A DNA stretch of 63,953 nucleotides, filler included, from Stramenopiles sp. TOSAG23-2 (taxonomy: Eukaryota): the NCBI GenBank assembly GCA_900128395.1. It is 3 parts of 3 records of this genome, joined end to end, with 100 filler letters (N's around TTAATTAATTAA, not from the genome) between each part and the next. Parts side by side here need not be neighbours in the genome. Positions count along the whole stretch, not along the records: positions 21,360 to 42,616 come from LT649540.1; positions 42,717 to 63,953 come from LT649541.1; 1 more part is not named here. The stretch is one strand, 5' to 3'. How positions within the stretch are numbered: position 1 is the first letter of the stretch; the number at the start of each line of letters is the position of its first letter. A program made the translations under genes and the position numbers. Shown here one piece after another: positions 34,426 to 46,100 of the stretch. The notes below the pieces were generated by a model that ran no database searches, was not told the origin of the DNA, and saw only the letters and a program-made list of their open reading frames with translations.

Positions 34426-35673
34426 TCACAATTTACTACCAAACTCATCTGCACTTTTTTCATTTGTATTAACACTCATTTTATTAAATATTTCACGACG
34501 TTTACTTGCTAGTGGATGCATTATTCCAGCACCTGTTGGTTTAACACCTTTTTTACAAACAACATGTCGACATACATTTTTTGCATATGGTGATAATTGT
34601 TCCCAAATATCATATGGCATTGTTTTTGGTATCCTCCCATTAAATTTCGTTGTTTCACCTAATACCCAACCAGCTTGCCATTCAATATTTGGCATATGCC
34701 GAACTTGATTTGAAACATTTGGTGTTGCACCATGCCAGCAACGATGATCACGGAAGATTCCACTGCCAGCTGGTACACCAGCACATGTACTCAATCGCAT
34801 AAATTCTGGCTCATCTCCTGTAGTTGGTGCATATTGAACATTAGTATGTGTTCCAGGAATTTGCCGTATTGGGCCATTCTCAAACGTTAAATCACTAATA
34901 ACAAAATTAATTGTACCAGTCATTGGCATCATTTCTGATATTAATCTTTTTTGATTTAATGTTAAATCATCTGTTGTATTTTGATTCTTTTTTAATTTAA
35001 GCAATCCTAATTTTATTGCTTCATTCATACGTCGTATTGCCATTTTACCTTTAAATTCCGGTTCCCCTCGCGGCAATGCATCACGATGCAAATGTTGATA
35101 TTCAAATGCACCAGGAATACATAAATCACCACCAGCACCAGTAATAATATAAGATCCATACATTCGTTCAATTAATGGAATAATAGTTGGCAATGCAACA
35201 TTTTTAGCCCAAATTTCATTATGAAGCATTTGTCTTGAAGCGGATGATGTACCATAACTATAACGTCCATGCAAACGACCAGTTTCCCCTGTAAATCGAC
35301 GACCTTCTTGACCGGGGTAAGCTAAGATATCTTTCAATACTAAATCACAAGCATTTTTCCATTCGGTGCATTGTTCTTTTGTTAATAAATTTTTCACAAC
35401 AACAAAACCATCCCTATGAAATATAGAAGCTGCTTTATCAATTTCATGTGGTTCACACATTTCTAAACCATGAATACCTTTATTATTTACACGTAGATAT
35501 TCTCTTAATTTATTTACAGTAGGATGATCATATTTCCTCACAGTTGGCAGCAATGGGGTTTTATCCGGTTGCCCAAACCCTTTTTTCGTTTCTGTATTTA
35601 TGATTTGTCCATATTCATCTAACGTTTCATTAGGTAATACTTTTTCATCCCATCCGTCATACCAATGTTCCAT
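34426..35673 (-). CDS. Phytanoyl-CoA dioxygenase (PhyH) family 2OG-Fe(II) oxygenase
   Basis: FHRDGFVVVKNLL, HxD motif QHLHRD, ENGPIRQIPGTH, distal His in CWHGATPN...R. Confidence 0.9.
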   Translation of the reverse strand: MEHWYDGWDEKVLPNETLDEYGQIINTETKKGFGQPDKTPLLPTVRKYDHPTVNKLREYLRVNNKGIHGLEMCEPHEIDKAASIFHRDGFVVVKNLLTKEQCTEWKNACDLVLKDILAYPGQEGRRFTGETGRLHGRYSYGTSSASRQMLHNEIWAKNVALPTIIPLIERMYGSYIITGAGGDLCIPGAFEYQHLHRDALPRGEPEFKGKMAIRRMNEAIKLGLLKLKKNQNTTDDLTLNQKRLISEMMPMTGTINFVISDLTFENGPIRQIPGTHTNVQYAPTTGDEPEFMRLSTCAGVPAGSGIFRDHRCWHGATPNVSNQVRHMPNIEWQAGWVLGETTKFNGRIPKTMPYDIWEQLSPYAKNVCRHVVCKKGVKPTGAGIMHPLASKRREIFNKMSVNTNEKSADEFGSKL

Positions 35674-36349
35674 TTTTTTTTAAAAGAAAACGGTGAATAT
35701 TATTATTATCGTGATCACTGTAAAGTACCAGTCGTCCGTAGTAGTCAGGTTACTTGACTTAATCTTGTTTAATATTCACTTGATCACTCTCAAACACGAG
35801 TATCCGTCCCCGTACATGCATTGATCTTTTGCCTTTTTCTATTAATATATTTCATATTCAGTGGGCCAGCCAGCCAGGGGTGCGACTTAGCTTTTTTTTG
35901 AGTTTTTTTGGAGCACTGGAGATGAGAAGAAAAAAATGCTTTTGTTTTTTGTATGTACTAGTATACGAGGATGTAGATTCGTCTTTCCACTTCCTACTTC
36001 CTACTTCCTACTTCCTACCCGGTGTTCCGGTGTTAGTGTTAATAGATATCAAATTCCTTTATATATACATAAATTTGTACTTGATCACCAATAAAAAAAT
36101 ATTCCCTCATAACACTTAAAACAAGAGTTTCATCACTTAAAAATGGATGTATGATGGAACCGTTATAATTTAATTTCATTCATACCTGCCAGACGACTGT
36201 GTATATATATTTTATTTCATTTAATTGATGTATGTGGAAGAAAGAAATATATATGATGTTATAAAAAAACAAAAAGTAGAGAGAGAAATAGTATACATCA
36301 ACCGTTGTTGTATGAATAGTATTACTAATAATATTCCATACCGGAACAA

Positions 36350-37645
36350 ATGGAACAAGAATCACCATCAACGAAATTAAAAAAAGACATATTATGGAAA
36401 GCTGGTATTAATGAAATAATAGAATTAGATAAAAATAGAGAAAATGATATAGAAACTTTAAATACTTTTGTAACATTAAATAAATATTTTAAACAACAAG
36501 ATGTTACAAGACTTTTGTATATAGAAGAATGGCGTTCGGAACGAGAAGAACAAGTATTAAATGAATTAGAAAAATTTACAACGTCGTCCAATAGTAAAAA
36601 AAATAATAAAAATGGCAATTACCATAGTACAAATAGAAGAAACTCACCACCACATGGTATTCGTGCAAAACGTTTAAATGAATTTATAGAAATAAAAAGC
36701 AAAATAAGCAAACATAGAGAATTATTTTCCGTTCGTTTTCAAAAATGTTTCAATTTAAAGTTAAATGCAAGTGTAGCGTTGCAACGATCGTTTAAACGTT
36801 TTTTACGGAAGAAAAAAAGTGCACCACATGTTACTCAAGCAAAACATGATACTATATTGAAAAAATATGCAGCAAAACGTATACAAAAATTTTGGCATTT
36901 TTATTATAATAAATATAAATGGCATCATGAATGGGAACTTAATGGTGGACATGAAGCATATGAAAATATGGAAATGCATCATGCACATGATATGCATTTA
37001 TTAAGCGGGGAAGGTTTATCTGGTGTTTACAATGATGAAAATGAGAAAGATCGATCTGAAATGAAAGCAGAATTGATATACGATGTCATACAAATTCAAA
37101 AAATATGTAGACGTTGGTTAGCAAAACGTTATGTAAATGATTTAAAATTAAAAAAATCAATTAAAGAACGTAATCGACGTAGAAATGTTTGGAGGAAATT
37201 ACGTGGTGGAACAACAATAGAAAGTAGACGCCAATTTAGAATGAAACATGATGAAATCATTACATGGTACGTAAATGTTAAAAATGAATGCGCGCGTGTC
37301 GATTATGAACTACAACTAGAACAAAAACGTATGGGTAAAGCATGGAAAAAATGGGATACACAAATGACAAAAATTATAATGGCAAGGCCTTTAGGTAAAG
37401 AATGGTTGCCACAAGTTGATAATGATGGTAATACAACAAGTTATTTAAATTTAAATACAGGACATGAGCAGATTGAACATCCATTTATGCGATACATTAA
37501 AGCATATCGTAAACGAGAATATGTCAAAGCACAAGAAATATTAAATGAACGTGTAAATCATTTAAAAACATATAAAAATGGTTTATTATCAAGTGAACGT
37601 AAACATCGTATGATACTATTTGATGAAGCAGAAGCATTAAGTTGA
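36350..37645 (+). CDS. IQ-motif and WW-domain protein
   Basis: IQ motifs AAKRIQKFWH and VIQIQKICRRWLAKR; WW-like LGKEWLPQVDNDGNTTSYLNLNTGHEQIEHP. Confidence 0.75.
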   Translation: MEQESPSTKLKKDILWKAGINEIIELDKNRENDIETLNTFVTLNKYFKQQDVTRLLYIEEWRSEREEQVLNELEKFTTSSNSKKNNKNGNYHSTNRRNSPPHGIRAKRLNEFIEIKSKISKHRELFSVRFQKCFNLKLNASVALQRSFKRFLRKKKSAPHVTQAKHDTILKKYAAKRIQKFWHFYYNKYKWHHEWELNGGHEAYENMEMHHAHDMHLLSGEGLSGVYNDENEKDRSEMKAELIYDVIQIQKICRRWLAKRYVNDLKLKKSIKERNRRRNVWRKLRGGTTIESRRQFRMKHDEIITWYVNVKNECARVDYELQLEQKRMGKAWKKWDTQMTKIIMARPLGKEWLPQVDNDGNTTSYLNLNTGHEQIEHPFMRYIKAYRKREYVKAQEILNERVNHLKTYKNGLLSSERKHRMILFDEAEALS

Positions 37646-37855
37646 GGCAATGGTGGTGGTGGTTGTAATATTTTTGGATATGAAATGATACGTACGAGCG
37701 TAGGAGATACGAACCTTCGTATAAAATTTTCAACACACAATGAATGTTCTTTTTATTAATATATATATATAATATATAGATAAATATATAGAAATATATT
37801 ACAGTGTGTTCTCTAAATTGTATCTAGACAAACTATCTCTCTATATTTTTATCTT

Positions 37856-38167
37856 TTACTTTACTTTGACCTTCTCTTCTATTTTGTTACAGATAAAAAA
37901 TACAATTATATACAATAAATACAACATGATTATTGATAATATTACATAAACAATAATAGTTGAATTTTCTTCTAATACATCTATTAACAATTTTGAATCT
38001 TTACAAAATATGAAAAATCCGCCTTTGTACACACATTCATAATTGGGCGGGCATGACGTCATTGCAGTACAATCAGTTACAAATGGCAAATGTACAGACA
38101 ATACCTGTCGTACATATTGGTATAAATGTTGCATTATATATGATTTATTATCTGGAAAAATGTACAA
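37856..38167 (-). CDS. Small protein with a 4-Cys segment and C-terminal TM helix; start uncertain
   Basis: DCTAMTSCPPNYECVYKGGFFIFC followed by a hydrophobic helix and basic tail. Confidence 0.45.
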   Translation of the reverse strand: MYIFPDNKSYIMQHLYQYVRQVLSVHLPFVTDCTAMTSCPPNYECVYKGGFFIFCKDSKLLIDVLEENSTIIVYVILSIIMLYLLYIIVFFICNKIEEKVKVK

Positions 38168-38234
38168 CCTATATATATATATAAATACACTAGTGTGAGA
38201 TAGATATTACTGCCTCAGTTATTGTATTCTGTTT

Positions 38235-38282
38235 AAGAGTAGGAATTATCATGAGTAAACTGAGGAATAAATTGTATGCGTA
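38235..38282. repeat. Dispersed element, copy 2
   Basis: 25 bp identical to 21375-21399; bracketed by the inverted repeat CCTCAGTT(38213)/AACTGAGG(38258). Confidence 0.8.
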
Positions 38283-38579
38283 AATTATATTATATATATA
38301 GATATATATATATATTTGTATTATCATTTTCTTCTTTTTATATTTACTATATATGAGTACTTATATTTGCAAAAAGTTGCATTTATTGAATAATAAATGT
38401 GCAAAAAATGCACAAATAGCAATCTGGCAATAAGTGCAATAATATAATAATAATAAAATAATAATAATAATAATATTAGTATACAAATATATATACTTAA
38501 TATATTTTTAAAAAGTATGACGTATGACGGATTTCAGACACCTTTTCCTTATTATTATATGTATTGATATATAGAAGAC

Positions 38580-38595
38580 TACCTGGTACCAGGTA
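38580..38595. promoter_or_regulatory. Double TACCWGGTA palindrome (TACCTGGTACCAGGTA), representative of a recurrent intergenic motif
   Basis: Perfect 16-bp palindrome about 170 bp upstream of the SDR ATG; single copies occur in six other intergenic regions. Confidence 0.55.
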
Positions 38596-38766
38596 TTATA
38601 GCTATAGTATCTTTTTTCTTTCTCCAGAAGAAGAAGATATTATACTACTTTTACTTTATAAATACTAATAATAAAATATAAGAAAAACAAATACATAAAA
38701 TAGATTCAATAATATATATATATACATATACAACCATAAAAAAGAACAAGGAAGCACAATTATATA

Positions 38767-39591
38767 ATGACGAAAACAATTGCAATCACAGGAAGTGCTG
38801 GTTTTATTGGATCATTATTATCTGATGCATTGAAAGCAAAAGGATATAAAGTTATTGGAATTGACCGTGCATTTCCATCCTCACAGCATACAAAAGATAC
38901 AAATGCAAATTTTAATATAGAAAAAGAAAAATATGTAGATATTGTATGTGATTTATCGGATCCAAAAGCATGTGATGGGATATTGAATGGGTGCGATGTG
39001 GTTATACACTTAGCAGGTGATGGTAATCCAAAAGCTGAATTTATAACATCATTGGTACCAAATAATATTGTCTCCGTATATAATATCTGTATGGAAGCGC
39101 AAAAAAGTAATGTTACACGGATGATATTTGGGAGCTCAAATCATACACAAGTTTACGGCTTTGAACAAGGAAATGCAACGAAAGAACGTTTTGCTGGCAC
39201 ATTTCAATTACCAGCAAGTGGTAAAATTAATATGGAAAATAGTAAAAACTGCCCAACAAGTTTATATGGTGCATGTAAAATAGCTGGAGAGGAAATAGGA
39301 CATTTTTTTTCGCTTCGTGAAGATGCATTTGAATTTCTATCATTACGTATTGGTTGGGTAATTTATGATTCTCCAAATGTATATGAAGATACAGCTTTAA
39401 ATGATTATTTACAATCCATGTATTTATCCAAAAATGATTGTATTGGGTATTTCCTTGCAGCAATTGAAACAGCTAATTTAAATAAAAAGAATCCATTTTA
39501 TGTTGGATATGCCGTCTCAAATAATAAAACACGTTTATATGATATTGAACCAACATGCAAATTTTTAAATTTTGAACCAAGTGATGTGTAG
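38767..39591 (+). CDS. Extended SDR / NAD-dependent epimerase-dehydratase, uronate dehydrogenase-like
   Basis: TGSAGFIG, VIHLAG, IFGSSNH, YGACK (YxxxK), LRIG, YLSKND, YAVSNN. Confidence 0.88.
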   Translation: MTKTIAITGSAGFIGSLLSDALKAKGYKVIGIDRAFPSSQHTKDTNANFNIEKEKYVDIVCDLSDPKACDGILNGCDVVIHLAGDGNPKAEFITSLVPNNIVSVYNICMEAQKSNVTRMIFGSSNHTQVYGFEQGNATKERFAGTFQLPASGKINMENSKNCPTSLYGACKIAGEEIGHFFSLREDAFEFLSLRIGWVIYDSPNVYEDTALNDYLQSMYLSKNDCIGYFLAAIETANLNKKNPFYVGYAVSNNKTRLYDIEPTCKFLNFEPSDV

Positions 39592-39913
39592 CAGGATGAT
39601 GGAAAAGCAAAAGATCAAAATGGCCACATGGCCACCATCATGTGATGATTCTATAAAAGTAATGATAATATATACTGTATGTAAATATACGTATATATAT
39701 ATATAATATATACATGTGTGTATAGAGAGCACGCCCCAATAAAAGTTTTCGACAATATTATTATATTTTTACTTTTTTTTAATACAAATGTATATAAAGA
39801 TAATACAGATACACACACACACACACAAATATATATATACACATGTATATACACACAACCATTATTTATCATTATTGAAAAGAATTTCGTAGAAAATATT
39901 AAATTATAAACAC

Positions 39914-40200
39914 ATGGGAAATATATTATTTGATCCAACACCAGTTGATTATCCTGATTATTCCATACCATGTCCAGCAGATATTATTCAAAAACGTTTA
40001 TTAAATTATAATATTGATAATGATAATAAAATGGATTTAGAAAATAATGAAGATAATAATGTGAAAAATACATTGCCACGATCATTATCATTTTAATACT
40101 ATAACTACCAAACATACCACCATCAGGTGGTAGTGCCCTCTAAACGTGTCAAAAATGTACACTATAACAAATTAAAACTATTCACTATGGGAAACACGTG
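39914..40200 (+). pseudogene. Short or disrupted gene fragment next to a minisatellite
   Basis: 60-aa ORF MGNILFDPTPVDYPDYSIPCP... ends early; an out-of-frame TCQKCTL zinc-finger-like remnant follows. Confidence 0.3.
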
Positions 40201-40288
40201 CCAGGCTAGCTAGCTAGAGCTACCGCGCTATTAAATAGCAGCTTTAACCAGGTTAAGATTTAGATCTTGTTTTTTTTCTTCTGTATCT

Positions 40289-40425
40289 GCTTTCCAGTTT
40301 TTTGTATTTGGCTTTCCAGCTTTCCAGGCTTTCCAGCTTTCCAGCTTTCCAGCTTTCCAGGCTTTCGGGCTTTCCTGGCTTTCCAGCTTTCCTGGCTTTC
40401 CAGGCTTTCCAGGCTTTCCAGCTTT
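40289..40425. repeat. GCTTTCCA(G) 8-9 bp tandem repeat
   Basis: More than ten GCTTTCCA/GCTTTCCAG/GCTTTCCTG units; continues in the duplicated block 40546-40696. Confidence 0.9.
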
Positions 40426-40822
40426 CTTTAATAGCACTTTACCTGATAGCTGGCTGGCTGGTAGGTATAGTATTATTATAATTATTATTATCATCATTAA
40501 AGATATCCCAGGTATTATTATACATACTATATCATCGAGGAGGAGGCTTTCCAGGCTTTCCAGGCTTTCCAGCTTTCTTTAATAGCACTTTACCTGCTGG
40601 CTGGCTGGCTGGTAGGTATAGTATTATTATAATTATTATTATCATCATTAAAGATATCCCAGGTATTATTATACATACTATATCATCGAGGAGGAGCATC
40701 TCACAGATAATATCAAATACAATATATACCATAATATGCGATAGTATTGATACTTTTCTGACTTCTCTATTACTAACTTGTGTTGCATTGCTATTTCGTT
40801 ATCATCAACTTCTTCTAGAAGC

Positions 40823-42616
40823 ATGGATACAAATCATACAGCCAAGGCTAGAATGCATAATTTTTTGTATATTCAGTTTAACTTCGAAAGGAAAGTAATT
40901 TGTCTTCAAGCTTGCATTAGAGGATATTTGCTGCGCCTGCGACTGCGAAGGAAGGAAATCCAGAAATCAATAAATCTTGGGTCTTTGATAGGTTTCCAAG
41001 CTTGCGCCAGAGGATTTTTAATACGCCAGCAAATGAAACTAAAACGAAAAGATGAATACAGGGATATACTTTTGCTCGAACGGTTAGTTACCAAGAATAT
41101 AATACGATTGCAGGCATATACGAGAGGGTTTTTATTGCGCCAGCGGATGAGAATAGAAGAACAATACAAGATTGGCAAGCAACAGGAAGAGGAATGTATA
41201 TTACACGTAATGAAGAGTAGGCATAAACAGCAGCTCACTGAGGCAATCATTCATGATTTTTTGTATTATGAGGATATAGTCGCTAGGAATATTATATGTC
41301 TTCAAGCTTGCGTTAGAGGATATTTACTACGCCTGCGACAGAGAAAAAAGGCTTCGATTTGTCTTCAAGCTTGTGCCAGAGGGTTTTTAATACGCCAGCA
41401 GCTGAAACGGGAAAATGAATACAAAAATATTCTTGTTCTCCAAGAGTTAGTGAATAAGAATATAATACGATTTCAAGCATATACGAGAGGATATATAGTG
41501 CGCCATTTTCGAGAAAAGAAAGAAAGTATCATTAAAATTCAAAATGCGTATCGTCGTTATGTCTGTAAAAACCAATATTTGCAAAAAATTGATGCATGCG
41601 TGAAAGTACAATCAATGATACGACGATATATAGCTCGTAAACACTTACGATATGTACTGAAAAATGCAATCAAACTCCAAAGCTACATTCGTAGCCGTAT
41701 GGCAAAAGTTTATGTAAGAGATTTAAGACTTTCAGAGCGACTGAGAATAGAGGAAGAATACGAGAAGTTATTATTATTAGAAAAAAAGCGATTCTATGCT
41801 ACAAATGTCCATCATGTTATCACAGTTCAAACAATTTATCGTGGTAATAAACTCAGAAAGAATTATGTTAAAAAAATCTGTGCAACTGTTACAATACAAT
41901 CAATTATTCGATTGTTCATGGTTCATAAATATTTACAACAGAGACAAATAAATAGCATCAAAATCCAAAGTGTGTATCGTGGTTCTATGCTACAAATGTC
42001 CATCATGTTATCACAGTTCAAACAATTTATCGTGGTAATAAACTCAGAAAGAATTATGTTAAAAAAATCTGTGCAACTGTTACAATACAATCAATTATTC
42101 GATTGTTCATGGTTCATAAATATTTACAACAGAGACAAATAAATAGCATCAAAATCCAAAGTGTGTATCGTGGTTACATATGTAAAAAAACGTACCTACG
42201 AAAAAAACCTATACTTCAAATGATAAATCAATTTAGAGTATCTGTACGTATCCAAAAAGAACAAACTGCAATAAAAATTCAAAGTGTATATCGTAGTTAT
42301 AAATGTAAGAAATATCTTGATTTACATAAATCTTTTGCAACAAAAATACAAGCTCAGTGGCGAAGGTATCTTGATTTACATAAATCACCTGCTGCTATAA
42401 AAATACAAAATCAGTGGCGAGTGTATCTAGCAGATAAAAAAGATGCTATCATGGAACTGTGGATGATAAATGCTGCTTCTACAAAAATACAAAGTTCATA
42501 TCGTGGCCATATCGCACGTAAGAAATATATACAATTGCTTAAATCACTAGCTGCTACAAAGATACAAAGAATGCGACAACATATAGCACGTAAGAAATAT
42601 CTTGATTTACATAAAT
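40823..42616 (+). CDS. IQ-repeat (ASPM/abnormal spindle-like) calmodulin-binding protein; 3'-truncated at the gap and frameshifted by a 191-bp duplication
   Basis: Around 20 IQxxxRGxxxR-type motifs across ORFs 40778-42142 and 42103-42672; collapsing 41792-41982/41983-42173 joins them into one frame. Confidence 0.8.
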
Positions 42617-42716
42617 NNNNNNNNNNNNNNNNNNNNNNNNNNNNNNNNNNNNNNNNNNNNTTAATTAATTAANNNNNNNNNNNNNNNNNNNNNNNNNNNN
42701 NNNNNNNNNNNNNNNN
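42617..42716. other. Artificial scaffold spacer (44N + TTAATTAATTAA + 44N)
   Basis: Exactly 100 bp; linker at 42661-42672. Confidence 0.97.
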
Positions 42717-43130
42717 TGTTCACACACAATAACAAACAAACAAATATATATATATATATATATTTACAACAAAATTTTGTATATTTCAATCAATATGTGT
42801 ATATACTTTTCCTAATTCTTTGTATATTTCTATTATTATCTTCTTTTTCATGAAGAAGAATTTTTCGCTCACCATATCGAAATCAATACTGTGTACCTGG
42901 TATTTTTCAGCCGTTATTTTGAAAAAGAAGAACTTGATAAATATAGCCTTATAGCCTTTAATTATTGAGAATATCAAGCAATAAAGTAAATAGTGATGGG
43001 GAGACGTGTGTCGGGAGAAAGAGAAAAAATATTTTAGGAAGATATAAATATCAATTATTAGAAAAATCAACAATATATAGGCAACTACAATATATATACA
43101 ATATAATATCGAAAAATATATATTTACATT

Positions 43131-46100
43131 ATGATGGATGATATACAAATGTCCTCATCGTCAGAAGATGAATTGTTACAATTACAACGTACGTTAGATT
43201 TATTAACCAAAGATCAAGATAAAATGGAAGCAGGTGTGATTAAATTACATAATAGAAATAGAAATATACATGAAATTGATGTTGAATATGATAGTAAAAT
43301 GAGAAACGAATATTTGAAAGAGACAAGATCAAAAGGTGTATTGCCAGGACCGGGTGAATATGTCTATAAAAGTTCATTTGGTAGTACAATTGGTGGTAAA
43401 ATGAATCCATTACCAAAGAAAAAAAATAATAACATTTTTGACAATAATAATGAAAAAAATAGTAATAACAATAATGAAAATAATAATAACAAAAGTATGA
43501 TTGATTCAAAAGGTATTGAACGTGGTTATAAAGCTACAAAAAAACGTGTGACTGGTATTTCATTTGGTCAACGATCCAAAAAGCCATCCTTCCTAAGTGA
43601 AAAAGATGAATTTAATCTTATTGTAAAATCATTTTTTGGTACGGCTAAACGTAATGATATTGGTAAAGTTTTAATTGTATCAAAATTAGGTGATAAAATC
43701 TTACATCCAGATACAAATTATGATCACATAACTTTAAAAGGTAGCGTGGAAAAGGCGCATCCATCATCCGTTTTTTCTGTTACATTTTTAGGAAAGCATG
43801 TGACGTTCAAAGCATCAAGAGGTAGGCATTTAAATTGCAGCTCAAAAATTGTTAAATGTGAACGTATGGCAGCAAATCGACATGGATCTGAATTTTTAAT
43901 AGAAAAAGTAGATAATATGAAAAAATATTGTAGACTTCAAAGTGAATTTGGTTTATATTTAACGGCAAAATCAGATGGAAAAATAGTATGTGAAGCGCTT
44001 ATAGATGAAACAGATATTGAATTTGATGGGAAATCATCACAATGGTTTTATTCTGTTCCATATACATCCGATAGTAATTCATATAACATCAATGATGATT
44101 TGATTAAACCACGAATTATACGTGGTAATGTTTTATTTGGTACACCAAAATCAAAAATAAATACAACGCCTTCAAATAAAATATTTAACAGTACTGAAGG
44201 TATTCCTAAAACGCCTAAAACGACGAAAGCTAAAGATAAAGCATCTTCATCTTTTTTAGTATTAGATCAAACAAAAGGATACGATCATGTAGAAAGAAAA
44301 GCGCCAGTAGCAAAATTCGGTACATCCTCTCGTTTTGGAACTAGTAAAAAAGCAAATGGTGATGCCTTCGAATCTTTACGAGGTGAAAAATTATTAAATT
44401 GGTTTCAAAATAGCCGGGAACGAAAAGTATATTTAAAATTGAAAAATGGGAAAAAATATTTAAAACCAAAACAACCTGGACCATTAAAAATAGTAGAAAA
44501 GGAAAATGTTGATCAAGAATGTGTCATATCTTTTTGTCACATAGAAGGCAATGAATTTGCATTAAGAAATATACATCGTGATTATATAACTTGTCATGTT
44601 GCTGATCAATCAACGATGGAAACGGATGAAGATGATGATAACAGTGAAATCGTAATTAAAAAAGATAAAGATAGTGATGAAAATGAAATTGGATTTTTAA
44701 TGGAAACAAAAGGTATGCGTATAGCTTTGAAGTCTGTAAAAAATGAAAGTTACCTTTCTGTAAAGGAGCAAAAAATTTCCTCTAGCAAAAAGAAAAGTGA
44801 TGCTGTTTATTTCACCCCAGTACCATATGCACCAATATATAATCCAAATGATAGTATAACACGTCCAACTATACAAACAGGAAAGTGGACAACACCGACA
44901 AATAAAAGTAGAAAAAAGAAACAATCATCAATAGTTGAAAATTCTCCAGCACTTAGTAGTAATAGTGATTCTATTGGATTGGAAACGCCAAGTATTGGTG
45001 CACCTACACCAGGTGGTAATATTAGTTTAATGGATGGAGGTGATGAACCTATGGATGTAGAGCCAAATGTTGCAAATCGTATAACTCCACAGCGTGGTAC
45101 ACCAAATGATAGCTTTACAAGGCCAAGAGTTCTTGGTGGTGCATGGGGTCCAGCTCCTTCCACAGATGATATTGATAAGCAACGACATAAGCGTAAACGT
45201 GAAAATACAGTTCCAGGTCCTGGGGCATATTCAATTGAATCAGGTATTAAAAAATTGACAGAAAAATCAACAAGCACAATCATTGCCCCTCCAGCGGTGA
45301 AACGAACCAAAAACCAAGCTCGTGCATTACGACAGCATAGAAAAAACTTACGACGTGAGCAAAATACTGCTGGTCCTGGAATGTATGACGTTGGTCGTGC
45401 ATCTGAAGTGTTACGACATGGTCCAAATGCATTTGCAGAAAAAGAAAGACCAACTTTTTCAAGAAGCTCCAGAGGAATTATTGAAGATCAAACGAAGAGG
45501 AAGCAGAAGAATAAAGCAAAGAAAGAATATTCTTTGGAGGAAAGCAAATATTCTGAAGATTATTTACGAAATGAAGAAATAATTGCGGATAATGAAGCGT
45601 GGAAAGATGGTGAAATATCTGCTATGTTGCAAAAACCGGATTTAAATGCATCCTATGTAAAGCCACGTGTGAAAGGTGGTGCATGGACTCACAAGTCTAA
45701 GAAATCAACATGGAAGAATTATCATGCATTAAAAAAAGCAAGGCGTGAGAAAGAAAAATTAAAATCTATTGGGCATTATGATGTGAAACATGATAAGGTT
45801 GAAAAGGGTGTCACGGGAGTACCGTTATTAGAGCAGGAAGTAAAATCAAGAAAAGCAACGAAGAAAAAAGTGAAAAAAGCGACATTAAATCGAAAATTAA
45901 AAGAACATTTTGAAGAGGCTATTAGAACGTATGTTGATGATATGCCAGAAAAGGGTGAATTTTTAGATACACAATTACACGATGATTGGGCCAAAAAAGA
46001 AACGAATAAACCGGTATTCCAGTACCGGGAGGAAGAACCATTGACATCGCCAGTTGCACGTTTGAAAAAAGAAAGAGAGCGAGAACTGCGTGGTCCTGAA

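Noticed and set aside
38213-38265. C/D box snoRNA on the minus strand (ATGATAA...CTGA)
   Set aside because: Box C is imperfect, the length is only about 50 nt, no rRNA guide was identified, and copy 1 at 21375 lacks the D box
41792-42173. Programmed frameshift in the IQ-repeat gene
   Set aside because: The shift is fully explained by an exact 191-bp duplication
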